A stretch of 64,000 nt of DNA from Planctomycetota bacterium (GCA_038060895.1 JBBTCT010000022.1:1-64000), one strand, 5' to 3'. Positions 31,713 to 42,848 are shown, counted from the first letter of the stretch. The notes: generated by a model not told the origin, from the letters alone. Program-made: numbers and translations.

Positions 31713-32282
31713 ATGAAACTGATCGCGTTCAACGGACCTAGCGATTCGGGCAAGACCTGGATGATCGAGCGCCTCGTGAGGCTCTGGACGTCGCGCGGGC
31801 TGCGCGTCGGGGTCGTCAAGCACTGTTCCAAGGGATACCAGCTGGACCGCGAGGGCAAGGATTCCTCCCGGTTCTGGGAGGGCGGCGCCGCCGCCGTCGC
31901 CGTCGTGGGCCCGGGGGAGTGGGCCGTGAGGCGCCGGGAGCCCGAAGCCGATCCTGCGCGTGTCGCCCAGGAAGCGTTTCCGACCGGCATCGACGTGGCG
32001 ATCGTGGAAGGATTCCGCGAGGCGTCCATTCCCCGGGTGCGGGTCTTCGGCAGCTCGGAGCTGCCTTCCGTCAAGGCCGGTGACACGGACGTCATCGCAT
32101 TCGTTTCCCGCACCCCGGCTGCTGCCCTCGCCGCGCCCGTCTTCGCGCTGACCGACGAGCAGGGCCTGTCTGATTTCCTCGTGCGCCACCTCGGGCTCGA
32201 GCTTCGGGCGCCGGCCCCGCACGAGACGACCCTGCTGCGCCACGAGAGAGTCGGCACCCGCTCTTCGAGGCTTTCCGGATAG
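31713..32282 (+). CDS. mobB: Molybdopterin-guanine dinucleotide biosynthesis protein B
   Basis: GPSDSGKT, VGVVKH, DREGKDS, IVEGFR. Start ATG 31713. Confidence 0.85.
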   Translation: MKLIAFNGPSDSGKTWMIERLVRLWTSRGLRVGVVKHCSKGYQLDREGKDSSRFWEGGAAAVAVVGPGEWAVRRREPEADPARVAQEAFPTGIDVAIVEGFREASIPRVRVFGSSELPSVKAGDTDVIAFVSRTPAAALAAPVFALTDEQGLSDFLVRHLGLELRAPAPHETTLLRHERVGTRSSRLSG

Positions 32283-32311
32283 GACGGGCGGAGGGAACAC
32301 GCGTCGAACCA

Positions 32312-33910
32312 CTAGGTGAGCGCGCCGGCGCGGCGACCGTTCGTCGGCTCCGTGGGGAGTTCCGTCGGAAGCGTGATTTTGACTTCCGTCCCTTTCCCCA
32401 TCTCGCTTTCGATCTCCAGTCTCCCGCCATGCGCTTCGATCATGCGCTTGGAGATCGCAAGACCCAGGCCTGTGCCGCGCGTCTTGGTCGTGAAAAAGGG
32501 CGAGAAGAGCCGTGCCTGGTGCTCGGGTGCGATTCCGGTCCCGGTATCCCGGACGCGCACGATTGCCGAATCGGCGGGGCTTTCGACTTCCACGCTCAGG
32601 TTCCCTCCCCGCGGCATGGCGTCTACGGCGTTCTGGAAGATATTGAAGAGGACCTCCTGGAGGAGGCGCGGGTCGGCGGACAGAACGAGCGACGGCGGTC
32701 CTTCGCAGCGCAATGAGATGGACGCCATGCGGTCCTGTTGCTTCACGATCGTCGTCACGCGCCCGATGAGCTCGACCAGGTCGACCACCTGGGGTTCCGG
32801 CGTCCACGGGCGCGCGAAGACCAGGAGGTCCCGGACCGTCTCGTCGAGCCGTCGCACCTGCGCCAGGATCTCCGCGACGATTTCGCGACGCGGGTCCCGC
32901 GCGGGGATCGCATCGGCAATCACCTGGATCGCCCCGCTGATCCCGGCGAGCGGGTTCTTGATCTCGTGCGCCACCGTCGCCGCCAGCTCGCCTACCACCG
33001 CCAGGCTTTGCGTCCTCACCAGGTCCGACTGCAGCCGCTTCACTTTCGTCATGTCCCGCACGATCGAACACCGGCCCGTGATTTTGCCCGCCTTGTCCCT
33101 CATCACCGAACTCGTGATGTTCACGGCCAGGCGGCGGCCGTCACTCGAGAAGCGCATCGTCTCCAGCCCCTGCAGAAAGCCGTCGCGCTCCACGACCTCG
33201 CGGATCTTCTTCAATTCGCCGGCGGCGCGCAGCTCCTCCGGGACGAGGATGTCGACCGATTGGCCAATGATCTCTGAAGCAGGCCAGCCGAACATCCGTT
33301 CGGCGCCGCGGTTCCAGCTTCGGATCAGGTCGCCCTGGTCCACGGTCAGGATCGCATCCACCGAGTTCTCGAGGATGCTCTCGAGGCGCTCCTTGCTGGC
33401 CCGCAGCTCCTCCAGCAGAAGAGACCGTTCCAGCGCGACGGACAGGTGGCCGGCCAGAGTGCGCGTGAAGATCGCATGCTCCCGGGTGTAGGCATTCCGC
33501 TCCCGGGAAGAGAAAAACAGGACGCCGAAGGGGTTGCCGCGGGCGATCAGCGGCAGCGAAAGTGACGAAAGCATCCCCTCCCGCACGATGAGCCGCGTCG
33601 CTTCCGACCCCGGGTTCTGCACCAGGTATTCTTCGAGGTCGGCGATAATGCGGGGCTCGCCGGTGCGAAGAAGCGGCTCGAGGCTGGAACCACCCAGGCG
33701 GGCGCTGTACCCGACATTGAGGACGGTCGCGCCATCGCTGCGGCAGGCGTGCAGCGTGAGCAGGTCGCGCGCGGGATCGTAGATCGAAACGGCCATCCGG
33801 TTGGACGGCACGACGCCGTGCATCCGCGCGTAGATCGAGTCGAAGATGTCCTGGAAGCCGCGGCCGGCGTTCAGGTCCTGGACGATCTCGTTGAAGATGT
33901 CGCTGCTCAA
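32312..33910 (-). CDS. Cytoplasmic GAF-PAS sensor histidine kinase (NtrB-like)
   Basis: GAF, PAS (WNRGAERMFG), AHEIKNPL, DTGTGI, PFFTTK, GTGLGL. TTG 33910 chosen as start because it follows a sigma54 motif. Confidence 0.88.
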   Translation of the reverse strand: MSSDIFNEIVQDLNAGRGFQDIFDSIYARMHGVVPSNRMAVSIYDPARDLLTLHACRSDGATVLNVGYSARLGGSSLEPLLRTGEPRIIADLEEYLVQNPGSEATRLIVREGMLSSLSLPLIARGNPFGVLFFSSRERNAYTREHAIFTRTLAGHLSVALERSLLLEELRASKERLESILENSVDAILTVDQGDLIRSWNRGAERMFGWPASEIIGQSVDILVPEELRAAGELKKIREVVERDGFLQGLETMRFSSDGRRLAVNITSSVMRDKAGKITGRCSIVRDMTKVKRLQSDLVRTQSLAVVGELAATVAHEIKNPLAGISGAIQVIADAIPARDPRREIVAEILAQVRRLDETVRDLLVFARPWTPEPQVVDLVELIGRVTTIVKQQDRMASISLRCEGPPSLVLSADPRLLQEVLFNIFQNAVDAMPRGGNLSVEVESPADSAIVRVRDTGTGIAPEHQARLFSPFFTTKTRGTGLGLAISKRMIEAHGGRLEIESEMGKGTEVKITLPTELPTEPTNGRRAGALT

Positions 33911-33944
33911 GGAACCGCTTTCACGAGAGAGGTTTGAAGACAGA

Positions 33945-33960
33945 AGCAAGGCGCGGGCCG
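33945..33960 (-). promoter_or_regulatory. Sigma54 -24/-12 promoter
   Basis: Minus strand CGGCCCGCGCCTTGCT (GG-N10-GC, TTGC). Confidence 0.62.
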
Positions 33961-34051
33961 GATCATTGACGCGCGGAAGCGCTTTGGAAGGGCTCCCGTT
34001 GTGTCGTTTCGCGCGAATTCCCGTCTTTTTCCGGGCCGGGTCATGTCCTTC

Positions 34052-34218
34052 CTCCGCTTTCGCTTTGGAGAGGGTCGGGAGCGAAGGAGGCGGGCGGGGC
34101 GAAGCGACACGACGGCGCTCTGCAGGCTCCACATGGAATCAACGCCTCGGTGCGCCGTCGTGTCGCGAAGCTCCGCCCGCCTCCGCAGCTCCCGACCCTC
34201 TCCAAAGCGAAAGCGGAG
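34052..34218. repeat. 167-bp palindromic REP/MITE-like element
   Basis: Perfect 31-bp outer arms (34052-34082 and 34188-34218), near-perfect to about 67 bp per arm. Confidence 0.85.
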
Positions 34219-34260
34219 CCGGCACCCGCCACAGATGCCGGCTCCTGAAGCGACAGCGGT

Positions 34261-35028
34261 TTACGCTCCGCAGCCGCTGCTTTCGATTTCTTCGGGATCG
34301 TCCTCATCGACCGCCTGAGGTTCCGGCGGAATCGGGACCGGCTCCGCGCTGACCTGCCCTGGCGTCACGCCGAGGCGCTTCACGTCCGCTCTCAGGAGGG
34401 CTGCCAGAAGCGCTCCATACGCCTGATGCAGCGGGGAAGGCGCCTTCTTGGCGAGGATCTCGCCGAAGACGGGTCCCCACCGCCCGATGTGGTCCTTCAG
34501 GAACCCACGCGCGGCCTCAAGCGTCCGCTCGGCCCCTTCCGTCTCGCCGCGTTCCAGCGCCAGAAGCTGCTTCACCGCGAGGAAATGCACGAACTCGAGT
34601 TCCAGCCAGGCGTGATCGACGCGTTCCCCGGTGCCGGGCCGCACGCGCAGGCCGAAGGCGCCGTAGAAGGCCGAGACATCCGCGAGGTCCTGCGTCTCCT
34701 GGAACGGATGCGAACTGCCGTATCTCGTTTCGTGAGGCGGGAAGGTTTCAGAAATTGTGTGCCCGTACGTCATGACATGGAGGGACTCCAGCTGTTCGTC
34801 GGTCATATCGCGAAGCTCGCGGCCCACCGCCTCAACGGCGGCTTGCACATCCGCCGCCGCGGCGTCCTCCCACAGTTGCGACAGCGCCGCGCTCGGCAAC
34901 TCTTCTCGAAGGATCTCCGCCAGGCCGGGGCGCGGGTACGCGAAAACACGTGAGAGGAACCGGTAATACGCAGCACGGGCAAAAGCGAGGTCGGACTCCA
35001 GGGCGAGATGGGCGAGCGTGGCGGTCAT
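34261..35028 (-). CDS. TorD/DmsD-family molybdoenzyme chaperone (NxrD-like)
   Basis: PPHETRY, FYGAFGL, ERVDHAWLELEF, FLKDHIGRW. Last gene of the nxr-like operon. Confidence 0.88.
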   Translation of the reverse strand: MTATLAHLALESDLAFARAAYYRFLSRVFAYPRPGLAEILREELPSAALSQLWEDAAAADVQAAVEAVGRELRDMTDEQLESLHVMTYGHTISETFPPHETRYGSSHPFQETQDLADVSAFYGAFGLRVRPGTGERVDHAWLELEFVHFLAVKQLLALERGETEGAERTLEAARGFLKDHIGRWGPVFGEILAKKAPSPLHQAYGALLAALLRADVKRLGVTPGQVSAEPVPIPPEPQAVDEDDPEEIESSGCGA

Positions 35029-35078
35029 GGATGTCTCCCTCAGGGGTCAACCCCGGCCAGGAAAAGTCCCGGCCTGGT

Positions 35079-36353
<1,275 letters not shown>

Positions 36354-36366
36354 GGGTGGAGCCTCC

Positions 36367-36639
36367 TTAGTTGCCCGCCTGCGGAGACGGGCTCCATTCG
36401 CGGAGCACGCCGTCGATCACCCGTTCCACGAACTCCTGCCCTCGCTCGGCCCACACCCTGTGGGTGCCGGCGTAGAACGGGTCCTGAAAGAGCCGGACCA
36501 GCCGCTCGCGGTCGAACCCGGTCAGCAGGAATTCTTCGACCACGGCCTTCGTCATTTCCTCGTCGGCCTTGGGGCCGGCGGGGATGGACATCCCGACGAA
36601 CTCCAGCGGGTCGTCCTCTTCGAATTCCTTTTCCGGCAT
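36367..36639 (-). CDS. Small acidic hypothetical protein between nxrA and nxrB
   Basis: GAGG RBS, DDPLEFVG, EEFLLTGF, LFQDPFYAGTH. Confidence 0.75.
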   Translation of the reverse strand: MPEKEFEEDDPLEFVGMSIPAGPKADEEMTKAVVEEFLLTGFDRERLVRLFQDPFYAGTHRVWAERGQEFVERVIDGVLREWSPSPQAGN

Positions 36640-36723
36640 GGTCGTTTCCCTCAGGAAAGGGCCTTTTTCCGACGTGCGCCCCGGTTCCAGGGCGCCCGGC
36701 GCTTCCTACTTCAAAACCGGTGC

Positions 36724-39700
36724 CTATCCCTTCGTCACCTTGCCCAGCACGTACTTCTTCATGAAGTCGCTCTCGCCGCCCGGCGCGAACCCGCTGGCCG
36801 CCGGCGCCCAGACTCCCTGGCCGTTCATGCCGCCGTTCTCCGCCTTCGTCACCTTGACCAGCGTCTCTTTCGGGACTGTGTTGACGGCATGGTTGTCCGC
36901 CTCGCCGCCGAAGATGAAGCCCATCCTGGCCTTGGCCTTGTGGAAGAGCGAGTCCAGCTGGTGCATCGGCATGAGCCAGCCGCGCGTGACGGACTGCTGC
37001 GAGCCGTACCGGAAGCTCGACTGGTAGCCGGTCCCGTCGGACTGCGCGCGGCCGTCTTCGCGCGTCTCGTGCGCCTTCACGGACTTCTCAGTCGCGATGA
37101 AGGGGGCGTGCTTCATCATCACGGCGCTGTACGGATAGGCCGCGTTGTACTTGGCGCGCAGCATCAGGCGACCGACCTTGTATTGCGGGTCGTCAGGCTT
37201 CCACCCGATGAACGGCCGATCCGCCGGATTCGCGTCCACGTAAACGTAGTCGCCGTCGGCAATCCCCAGGTCCTTCGCTGCCGCCGGGTTGATGTGCATC
37301 TGGTGCTCGCCCACCCCCGGTTGACGCTTGTCGCGCCGGTACGGGTCGCCGAACTGGTTGTTCCAGATGAAGTGCCAGTCCGTGACCTGCCACTGCGAGT
37401 GCGTCGAGTGGCGGGACTTCGGCGTGATGCAGTAGAACTTGAACCCCGCTTCCCACAGCGGATTCTTCGAGTTTTTCACCTCGCTCCACGGCTTCTTGAT
37501 GTTGCGAACCTGCCGTTCGTCCGCGCCCATCGCGGACTCCGGGATCCCGTACGATTCCGGCCGCACCCACGGGTTCGAACTCACGATCACGTTCGGCAGG
37601 TACGGCGTCGCTTCCGGCCCCTCGCGGTGCACGATGAAGTTCTCGCCGTACTCGATGACCTCGTCCTCGTCGTTGTAGGACTGAAGCCGGCCCGTGGGCG
37701 TGTAGAAGGGGAGGCTGTCCGCGATCTGTTCGTAGAACGGGATGCGCGGGTAGGTGCGGAAGAGGAAGAGCGCCGCGCCCGGCTCGCCGTACTTGCCGGC
37801 CATGATGTCCGAGCACTTGTAGCCGCGCGTCGTCGAGCACCCGTCGAGCAGGCGCTGGATGTAGACCTCGTTCCGGCCTTCCCGGGCGAACTTCCAGAGG
37901 TCCCCGACCCGCTGGTCCCCGATCTCGTCGCCAACGGCCTTCGCCGCGAGCGCCATGATCATCGTGTCGTCTTTGGTGTCGTAAACAGGCTTCGTCCCGC
38001 CCTTCCAGATCTGGATGAACGGATTCGAGCAGCATCCGGTGATCTCGAGGTCCTCGAACTCCAGCCAGGTGTTCGCCGCAAAGATGAGATCCGAGTACTC
38101 GACCGTCGAGTTCATCTCGATGTCCGTCCCCACGATCATCTCGATCTTCGTGTTCGTCCGCATGAGCATCTGGTACGCCCACTTTGCGTTGTTGAAGATG
38201 TTCACGTTCGTGTACCAGAGGAACTTCGTCGGCGTCGGCATGTGCGTCGCGCCCGTGAAGGACTTGCGTCCCTTGCCGGGCGTCTCAACAACGAGCGGCT
38301 TGTCGTCGTAGTTCCAGTACGCGGGTTCCTCGTCCTGCGAGTAACCGTGCGCGTGGACGTCCTTCCCGTCGATCTTGTCGTCCATCTCCGGGTGGAAGGG
38401 GTCCTCGGCGATCCAGCCCTTGAACCCGGGCCCGGACCAGGACGAGCCCTGGAAGAGCGCTGCCTTGTAGTTGCCGGCCCACGTATGCGACCCGGCGCCG
38501 GGCAGGCCGATGTTCCCGGTCAGCATGAGCGGCAAGTAGCTGGCCCGGTTCACCTCGGTCGCATGGAACCAGTGATTGATCCCTTCTCCCGTGTGGATCG
38601 CGACCGGCTTGATGGTCGCGATGTCGTCGGTCAGGCGACGGATCAACTCCTTCGGCGCACGGGTGATTTCGTGCACGCTGTCGAGGTCGTAGTCCTTCAG
38701 GTGGACGTTCTTGTAGAGGTCGAAGAGCGGCCGGACCTCGACTTCCTTCCCGTCCACCGTCTTCACCTTGAATGTTCCCTCGAGCGCCGGCTCCACGCCG
38801 AGCTTGTCCCAGAGAGCTCCGACGTCGTCGCGCGTCACGACCTTCGGCCCGTTCGACTTCGTGTCCCAGACCACGAAATCCCCGAGTTTCACGTACTGCT
38901 CCTGCGTCAGCCCGTGCTTCGTGAAACTCGCGCCCTTGCTGATGTCCGGCGAGGCGTAGTCCTTCAAGATGTCCTTCGCCTGCAGCCGCTTCAGCGTGTC
39001 CTGCCGGACGAGCAGCGGGAAATCGGTGAAGCGCTTCACGAACGCCTCGTCGTACTTCTTCTCGTCCATCATGAGCTTGGTGATCCCGAGGAGCAGCGCG
39101 GTGTCGCTGTTCGGGCGGATCGGGAGCCAGTAGTCGGCCTTGGTCGACGGCGGCCCGTATTCGGGCGCGATGACGACAATCTTCGCGCCGCGCTCCATGC
39201 ACTCGACGAAGAAGTGGTTGTCGGCGCGCTTGTTCTCGATGAGGTTTTTGCCGAGCTGGATATGGAGCTTGGTGAAGCGGAAGTCGTTCATGTCGGTGTC
39301 CGAGGTCTGGAGGCCGTGCACGAACGGCTGGCCCGGGGCCTGGTCGCCGTGCCAGGTGTAGTTCGACCAGCTGCGGGCGCCCTTGGCTTCCTTCGCGTCC
39401 ACGCCACGGATCTTCGCGTCCACGAGGGCGAGCGAATTGCCGAAACGGTACATGCCGTACTTGCCGATGACGCCGAGGAGGCCCATGCCGCCGCGGACCT
39501 TGCAGACGCGCGTGCCGGCGCCGCCGTGGTGCAGCAGCATTTCCTCGGCGTACCCCTGCGCGCGGAGCTTGTTCTTCCCTTCTTCGCCGCTGTACCGCTT
39601 GCTGATGTTCACGAGTCCCCTGGCGAAGTACTTGAAAGCGTCGTCCCAGCCGATCTTCACGAGCTCGTCAGTCCCGCGCGAATCGAACTTGTACTTCTTG

Positions 39701-40164
39701 TGGTTGTCGGGAGTGAGCTCGGGGAAGCCGTCGTCCGCCCATTGCTTCCACATCTTGCGGATGAGCGGGTACCGCATCCGGTACGGGCCGTACATCCGGC
39801 GTTGCATGGTGAATCCGTTTGAGCAGCCGCGCGGGTTCCAGTTCACCGTCGCCTTGTTGCCGTAGACATCGCCGATCCGCCCGCTGTCGTAGTTCTGCTC
39901 GCTGCGCAGCACGACCCCGTTGCGGACAAAGGCCTTCATGCGGCACGCGTGCGTGCAGTTGGGCGAGCACACCCAGGTGAAGCTCGAGTCGTACCGGAAC
40001 TGCTCGCGGTAGACCTTCTCCCAGTCGCGCGCTGGATACCCCGCCAGCGGGTCGATGTCCGGGAACGGTTCAAAGGCCCCGAGGTTGAGGCCGCCGGAAG
40101 CGAGGAATGCGGCACTTCCCGCAAGACCTGCGGACTTCAGGAAGTCGCGACGGTTAATGGACAT
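36724..40164 (-). CDS. nxrA: Tat-exported DMSO reductase type II alpha subunit, NxrA-like
   Basis: NRRDFLK, CSPNCTHAC...NPRGC, GGMGLLG, WSNYTWHGDQAPG (Mo-Asp), GEGINHWFH, WAGNYK, TPKSRH, FRYGSQQS, KETLVK. 1146 aa. Reaction direction unknown. Confidence 0.9.
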   Translation of the reverse strand: MSINRRDFLKSAGLAGSAAFLASGGLNLGAFEPFPDIDPLAGYPARDWEKVYREQFRYDSSFTWVCSPNCTHACRMKAFVRNGVVLRSEQNYDSGRIGDVYGNKATVNWNPRGCSNGFTMQRRMYGPYRMRYPLIRKMWKQWADDGFPELTPDNHKKYKFDSRGTDELVKIGWDDAFKYFARGLVNISKRYSGEEGKNKLRAQGYAEEMLLHHGGAGTRVCKVRGGMGLLGVIGKYGMYRFGNSLALVDAKIRGVDAKEAKGARSWSNYTWHGDQAPGQPFVHGLQTSDTDMNDFRFTKLHIQLGKNLIENKRADNHFFVECMERGAKIVVIAPEYGPPSTKADYWLPIRPNSDTALLLGITKLMMDEKKYDEAFVKRFTDFPLLVRQDTLKRLQAKDILKDYASPDISKGASFTKHGLTQEQYVKLGDFVVWDTKSNGPKVVTRDDVGALWDKLGVEPALEGTFKVKTVDGKEVEVRPLFDLYKNVHLKDYDLDSVHEITRAPKELIRRLTDDIATIKPVAIHTGEGINHWFHATEVNRASYLPLMLTGNIGLPGAGSHTWAGNYKAALFQGSSWSGPGFKGWIAEDPFHPEMDDKIDGKDVHAHGYSQDEEPAYWNYDDKPLVVETPGKGRKSFTGATHMPTPTKFLWYTNVNIFNNAKWAYQMLMRTNTKIEMIVGTDIEMNSTVEYSDLIFAANTWLEFEDLEITGCCSNPFIQIWKGGTKPVYDTKDDTMIMALAAKAVGDEIGDQRVGDLWKFAREGRNEVYIQRLLDGCSTTRGYKCSDIMAGKYGEPGAALFLFRTYPRIPFYEQIADSLPFYTPTGRLQSYNDEDEVIEYGENFIVHREGPEATPYLPNVIVSSNPWVRPESYGIPESAMGADERQVRNIKKPWSEVKNSKNPLWEAGFKFYCITPKSRHSTHSQWQVTDWHFIWNNQFGDPYRRDKRQPGVGEHQMHINPAAAKDLGIADGDYVYVDANPADRPFIGWKPDDPQYKVGRLMLRAKYNAAYPYSAVMMKHAPFIATEKSVKAHETREDGRAQSDGTGYQSSFRYGSQQSVTRGWLMPMHQLDSLFHKAKARMGFIFGGEADNHAVNTVPKETLVKVTKAENGGMNGQGVWAPAASGFAPGGESDFMKKYVLGKVTKG

Positions 40165-41137
40165 TGGAACCCTCCTGAACCTGGGTGTTGGCGCAGCTTG
40201 CCCGGCTTGGAGCAAACCGCGTGCGAAAGACATAGGAGTCAAGGCACTGCCGGCACGCCCCGTCCGCGGGATCCCATCGCGGGAAGTCGGCGCGGACCAT
40301 GCCCAGCGTGATTTCGGGAAGAGCGGCGGCGTTGTCGTGCCACTCGAAGGTAGGGAAGCTGCAGAGCGGGCAGAGCGAGCCCGGGCCGCACGGCGATTCG
40401 GCTGCATCGATGCCGCAGAACCGGAGGAGTTTCTTCGGATGAAGCGAAAGTTCGATAAGGAGAGGCCAGGTGGCTTCCGGCGAGTTCCAGAGAGTTGCGA
40501 GGATTCGCTCGCGCGCCTCGGCGGGGAAGCCGGGATAGTTCCTCGTCACCATCGTCGCCCACTCTTCTTTCTTCGCCGCGCCGCGCTTCCCGGATCGTTC
40601 GATCGCGCCGGCAGCGACGAGATTCCAGAGAACACGAAGCCGGGCGCGGACGAGGTTTTCCTCGGCCGGGCGCGCCGCAATCCGGCCCAGCGCGCGGTAT
40701 TCGAATGCAGGCCGGAGCATGTCCTCGACGTGCTGCAGCTCGTGCCGGAAAAAACCCTCCAGCGCCGATGGGTCGTCCAGGCGGTGCACCCGGAAGAGAA
40801 TGCGAACGTGGGGTTTGCTGCCCGCCGTGACGCACAGATCGGCTCCCTCGTCAGACGCCGTCGCGCAGCGGTCGAGGACCAGCTCTTCTACCGCCGGGCC
40901 CAGCGTCGGATATCCGGCAACGGCCGCTTCCAGCGACCGGGCGAGGCCCAGCTGGCGATAGAAAACCGCGTTGGCGTCGCGGAAACCCGCGTTTCGCTCC
41001 GTCTCCTGCATGGCGTAGAACGGGTCCGTCACGACGTGGAAATCGCGGCTCCATGCGGCGTCCCCGGCGGTTTCGCGCCGGAGGATCTCCCGCGCAACCG
41101 CTTCTTCCAGCAACTCGGGGGCGTATCGCAGTTCCAC
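40154..41137 (-). CDS. Hypothetical protein with HExxH and C-terminal CxxC...CxxC
   Basis: RHELQHVEDM, CPLCSFPT, CRQC. GTG 41137 after a GAGGAG RBS. Overlaps the nxrA start. Confidence 0.75.
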   Translation of the reverse strand: MELRYAPELLEEAVAREILRRETAGDAAWSRDFHVVTDPFYAMQETERNAGFRDANAVFYRQLGLARSLEAAVAGYPTLGPAVEELVLDRCATASDEGADLCVTAGSKPHVRILFRVHRLDDPSALEGFFRHELQHVEDMLRPAFEYRALGRIAARPAEENLVRARLRVLWNLVAAGAIERSGKRGAAKKEEWATMVTRNYPGFPAEARERILATLWNSPEATWPLLIELSLHPKKLLRFCGIDAAESPCGPGSLCPLCSFPTFEWHDNAAALPEITLGMVRADFPRWDPADGACRQCLDSYVFRTRFAPSRASCANTQVQEGSNVH

Positions 41138-41148
41138 GGTTCTCTCCT

Positions 41149-42810
41149 CTACTTCAGGACCAGGCGGTACCACGTCGTGACGGACTTCTGTCCGGCGCGA
41201 TCGCCCGCGGCGCCGTCCCAGACGGCGAAGGCGAGCGGAACTTCCGTTCCCGCCTTGAGGGCGATGCAGCATTCGTCCGGCGAAGCGAGCGAGCGGCTCA
41301 TCTGGATCGCCCAGCGACCGTCTTTCCACACTCCCTTGCCCGCGACCGACTGCTTGTCGCTCTTGAGGCTCGTCAGCGTCCCGAATCCTGCGGCGACCGC
41401 ATCCTCAACCGGCGACTTGCGCCCGGGTTCCGAGAACGGGTTTCCCGCGGCACGCCCCGACTGGTACGCGGGATCGTGATCGGGCATCCCGGAAGGCCTG
41501 TTGCCCTTGTTCTCCGTCGTCTTGTCACCCTTCTCGAACGGATACATCTCCACCGCCATCCCCGGGTGGATCGTCTCCACGTCCTTCCACTTCTCGAGGT
41601 CGATCTGCCAGTCCGCCTTCCAGCTCCACACGTTCACCGGCTGGTCCTTCGAGCCCATCGTCACAGGCGTGTCCATGCCCTTCAGCGCGAACATCAGCGC
41701 CGCCGCATCCCGGAAATCCTCGGCGCGAAGCGGCACGTTGTTGTCGGCGCTGTCCTGCCACGAAAGCTGGAAGGCCACCGCCTTTCCGTCGTGTGCGGCG
41801 CGGACCCGGAGCAGGCGCGGGGCCGTGATGCGGCTGAAGAGCAGCATGAGGGGCACGTCGACCGCCGGGATCGAGTCCCAGGCCGCGTCCGCAGGGTCCT
41901 TCGGGAGAGCGGATACCTTGGCGGCGACGAGTTCGCTTCCGGCCGGAAGCGCCGCCGCGAGGGCTTTCGGCGCTTCGCCCGCCAGCGACTGCACGTAGTG
42001 CACGAGGGCCCAGCGCTGTTCGTCGTTCATCTGGTCGGCGCCGTAGGCGGGCATGGGTGTGCCGGACATGCCGGTGGCGAAGCGGAGGTAGATGTCTTTC
42101 GCTGTCGATCCGCCGCGATAAATGCCCTGGGTGAAGTCGTTCGGGCGGATTGGCTGGTCCCAGTCGTCCTTGAGGCCGGCGGCGGAGGGTCCGTCAGAGC
42201 GCCCGGTTTCGCCGTGGCACTTGACGCACCCCGCCTTCACGTACATCTCCTTGCCGAGCGTGCGGGATTTTTCATTGTCTGCGGGCTCGGCGGGGACGGC
42301 GACGGGGGTGCCGGCGCCGCGTTCCTTGAAGAAGTTGTACGGGGCGTCCATCTCGCTGTCCTGGTACTGCGCGAGCTCCTTGACGCGTTCCACGAGCGCC
42401 TTTCGGTCCGCTTCCGGGAGGTGCCGCCACGAGGGCATCGAAGTCCCGGGCATGCCGTTGGTGACGCTGGCGAGGAGGTCTTCGTCGGTCGGGAGCGACC
42501 CGCTGGGCGTCGAGCGGATCTTGAATTTCCCCTTCGAGAAGTCGCGGGGGCGCGGCCAGAGAAGGTAGGCCGCCGTACCGTCGCCCCTGCCGAGGGTGCC
42601 GTGGCAGACGGCACAGTTCGATTCGAAGAGTGCCTTGCCGTCGGCGGCCGCGTTGCCGCCGGCGCCGCCGCCCGCGCCATCACCGCCGAGCGAAACGGGA
42701 GAGGGACCCGACGGAGGTGCGGGGCGCTGCTGGCAGGCCGCGATCCAGAAGACGGACGAAGCGAAGACGGCTAGGGCCGTTTTGTTCAAGAGACTGGTTC
42801 TGCTCGTCAT
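41149..42810 (-). CDS. Lipoprotein: diheme cytochrome c fused to EB_dh/DOMON heme-b domain (gamma-subunit candidate)
   Basis: Lipobox IAAC, CAVCHG, CVKCHG, DAAALMF, MGS...VNVWSWKA, GFGTLT, AFAVWDG...GQKS. Confidence 0.85.
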   Translation of the reverse strand: MTSRTSLLNKTALAVFASSVFWIAACQQRPAPPSGPSPVSLGGDGAGGGAGGNAAADGKALFESNCAVCHGTLGRGDGTAAYLLWPRPRDFSKGKFKIRSTPSGSLPTDEDLLASVTNGMPGTSMPSWRHLPEADRKALVERVKELAQYQDSEMDAPYNFFKERGAGTPVAVPAEPADNEKSRTLGKEMYVKAGCVKCHGETGRSDGPSAAGLKDDWDQPIRPNDFTQGIYRGGSTAKDIYLRFATGMSGTPMPAYGADQMNDEQRWALVHYVQSLAGEAPKALAAALPAGSELVAAKVSALPKDPADAAWDSIPAVDVPLMLLFSRITAPRLLRVRAAHDGKAVAFQLSWQDSADNNVPLRAEDFRDAAALMFALKGMDTPVTMGSKDQPVNVWSWKADWQIDLEKWKDVETIHPGMAVEMYPFEKGDKTTENKGNRPSGMPDHDPAYQSGRAAGNPFSEPGRKSPVEDAVAAGFGTLTSLKSDKQSVAGKGVWKDGRWAIQMSRSLASPDECCIALKAGTEVPLAFAVWDGAAGDRAGQKSVTTWYRLVLK

Positions 42811-42848
42811 GCTGCGCCTCCTCCGGATGGTGAATCGCGATTTCTGCG

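Noticed and set aside
33911-34132. N-terminal extension of the GAF-PAS kinase
   Set aside because: Runs through a palindromic repeat and a sigma54 motif.
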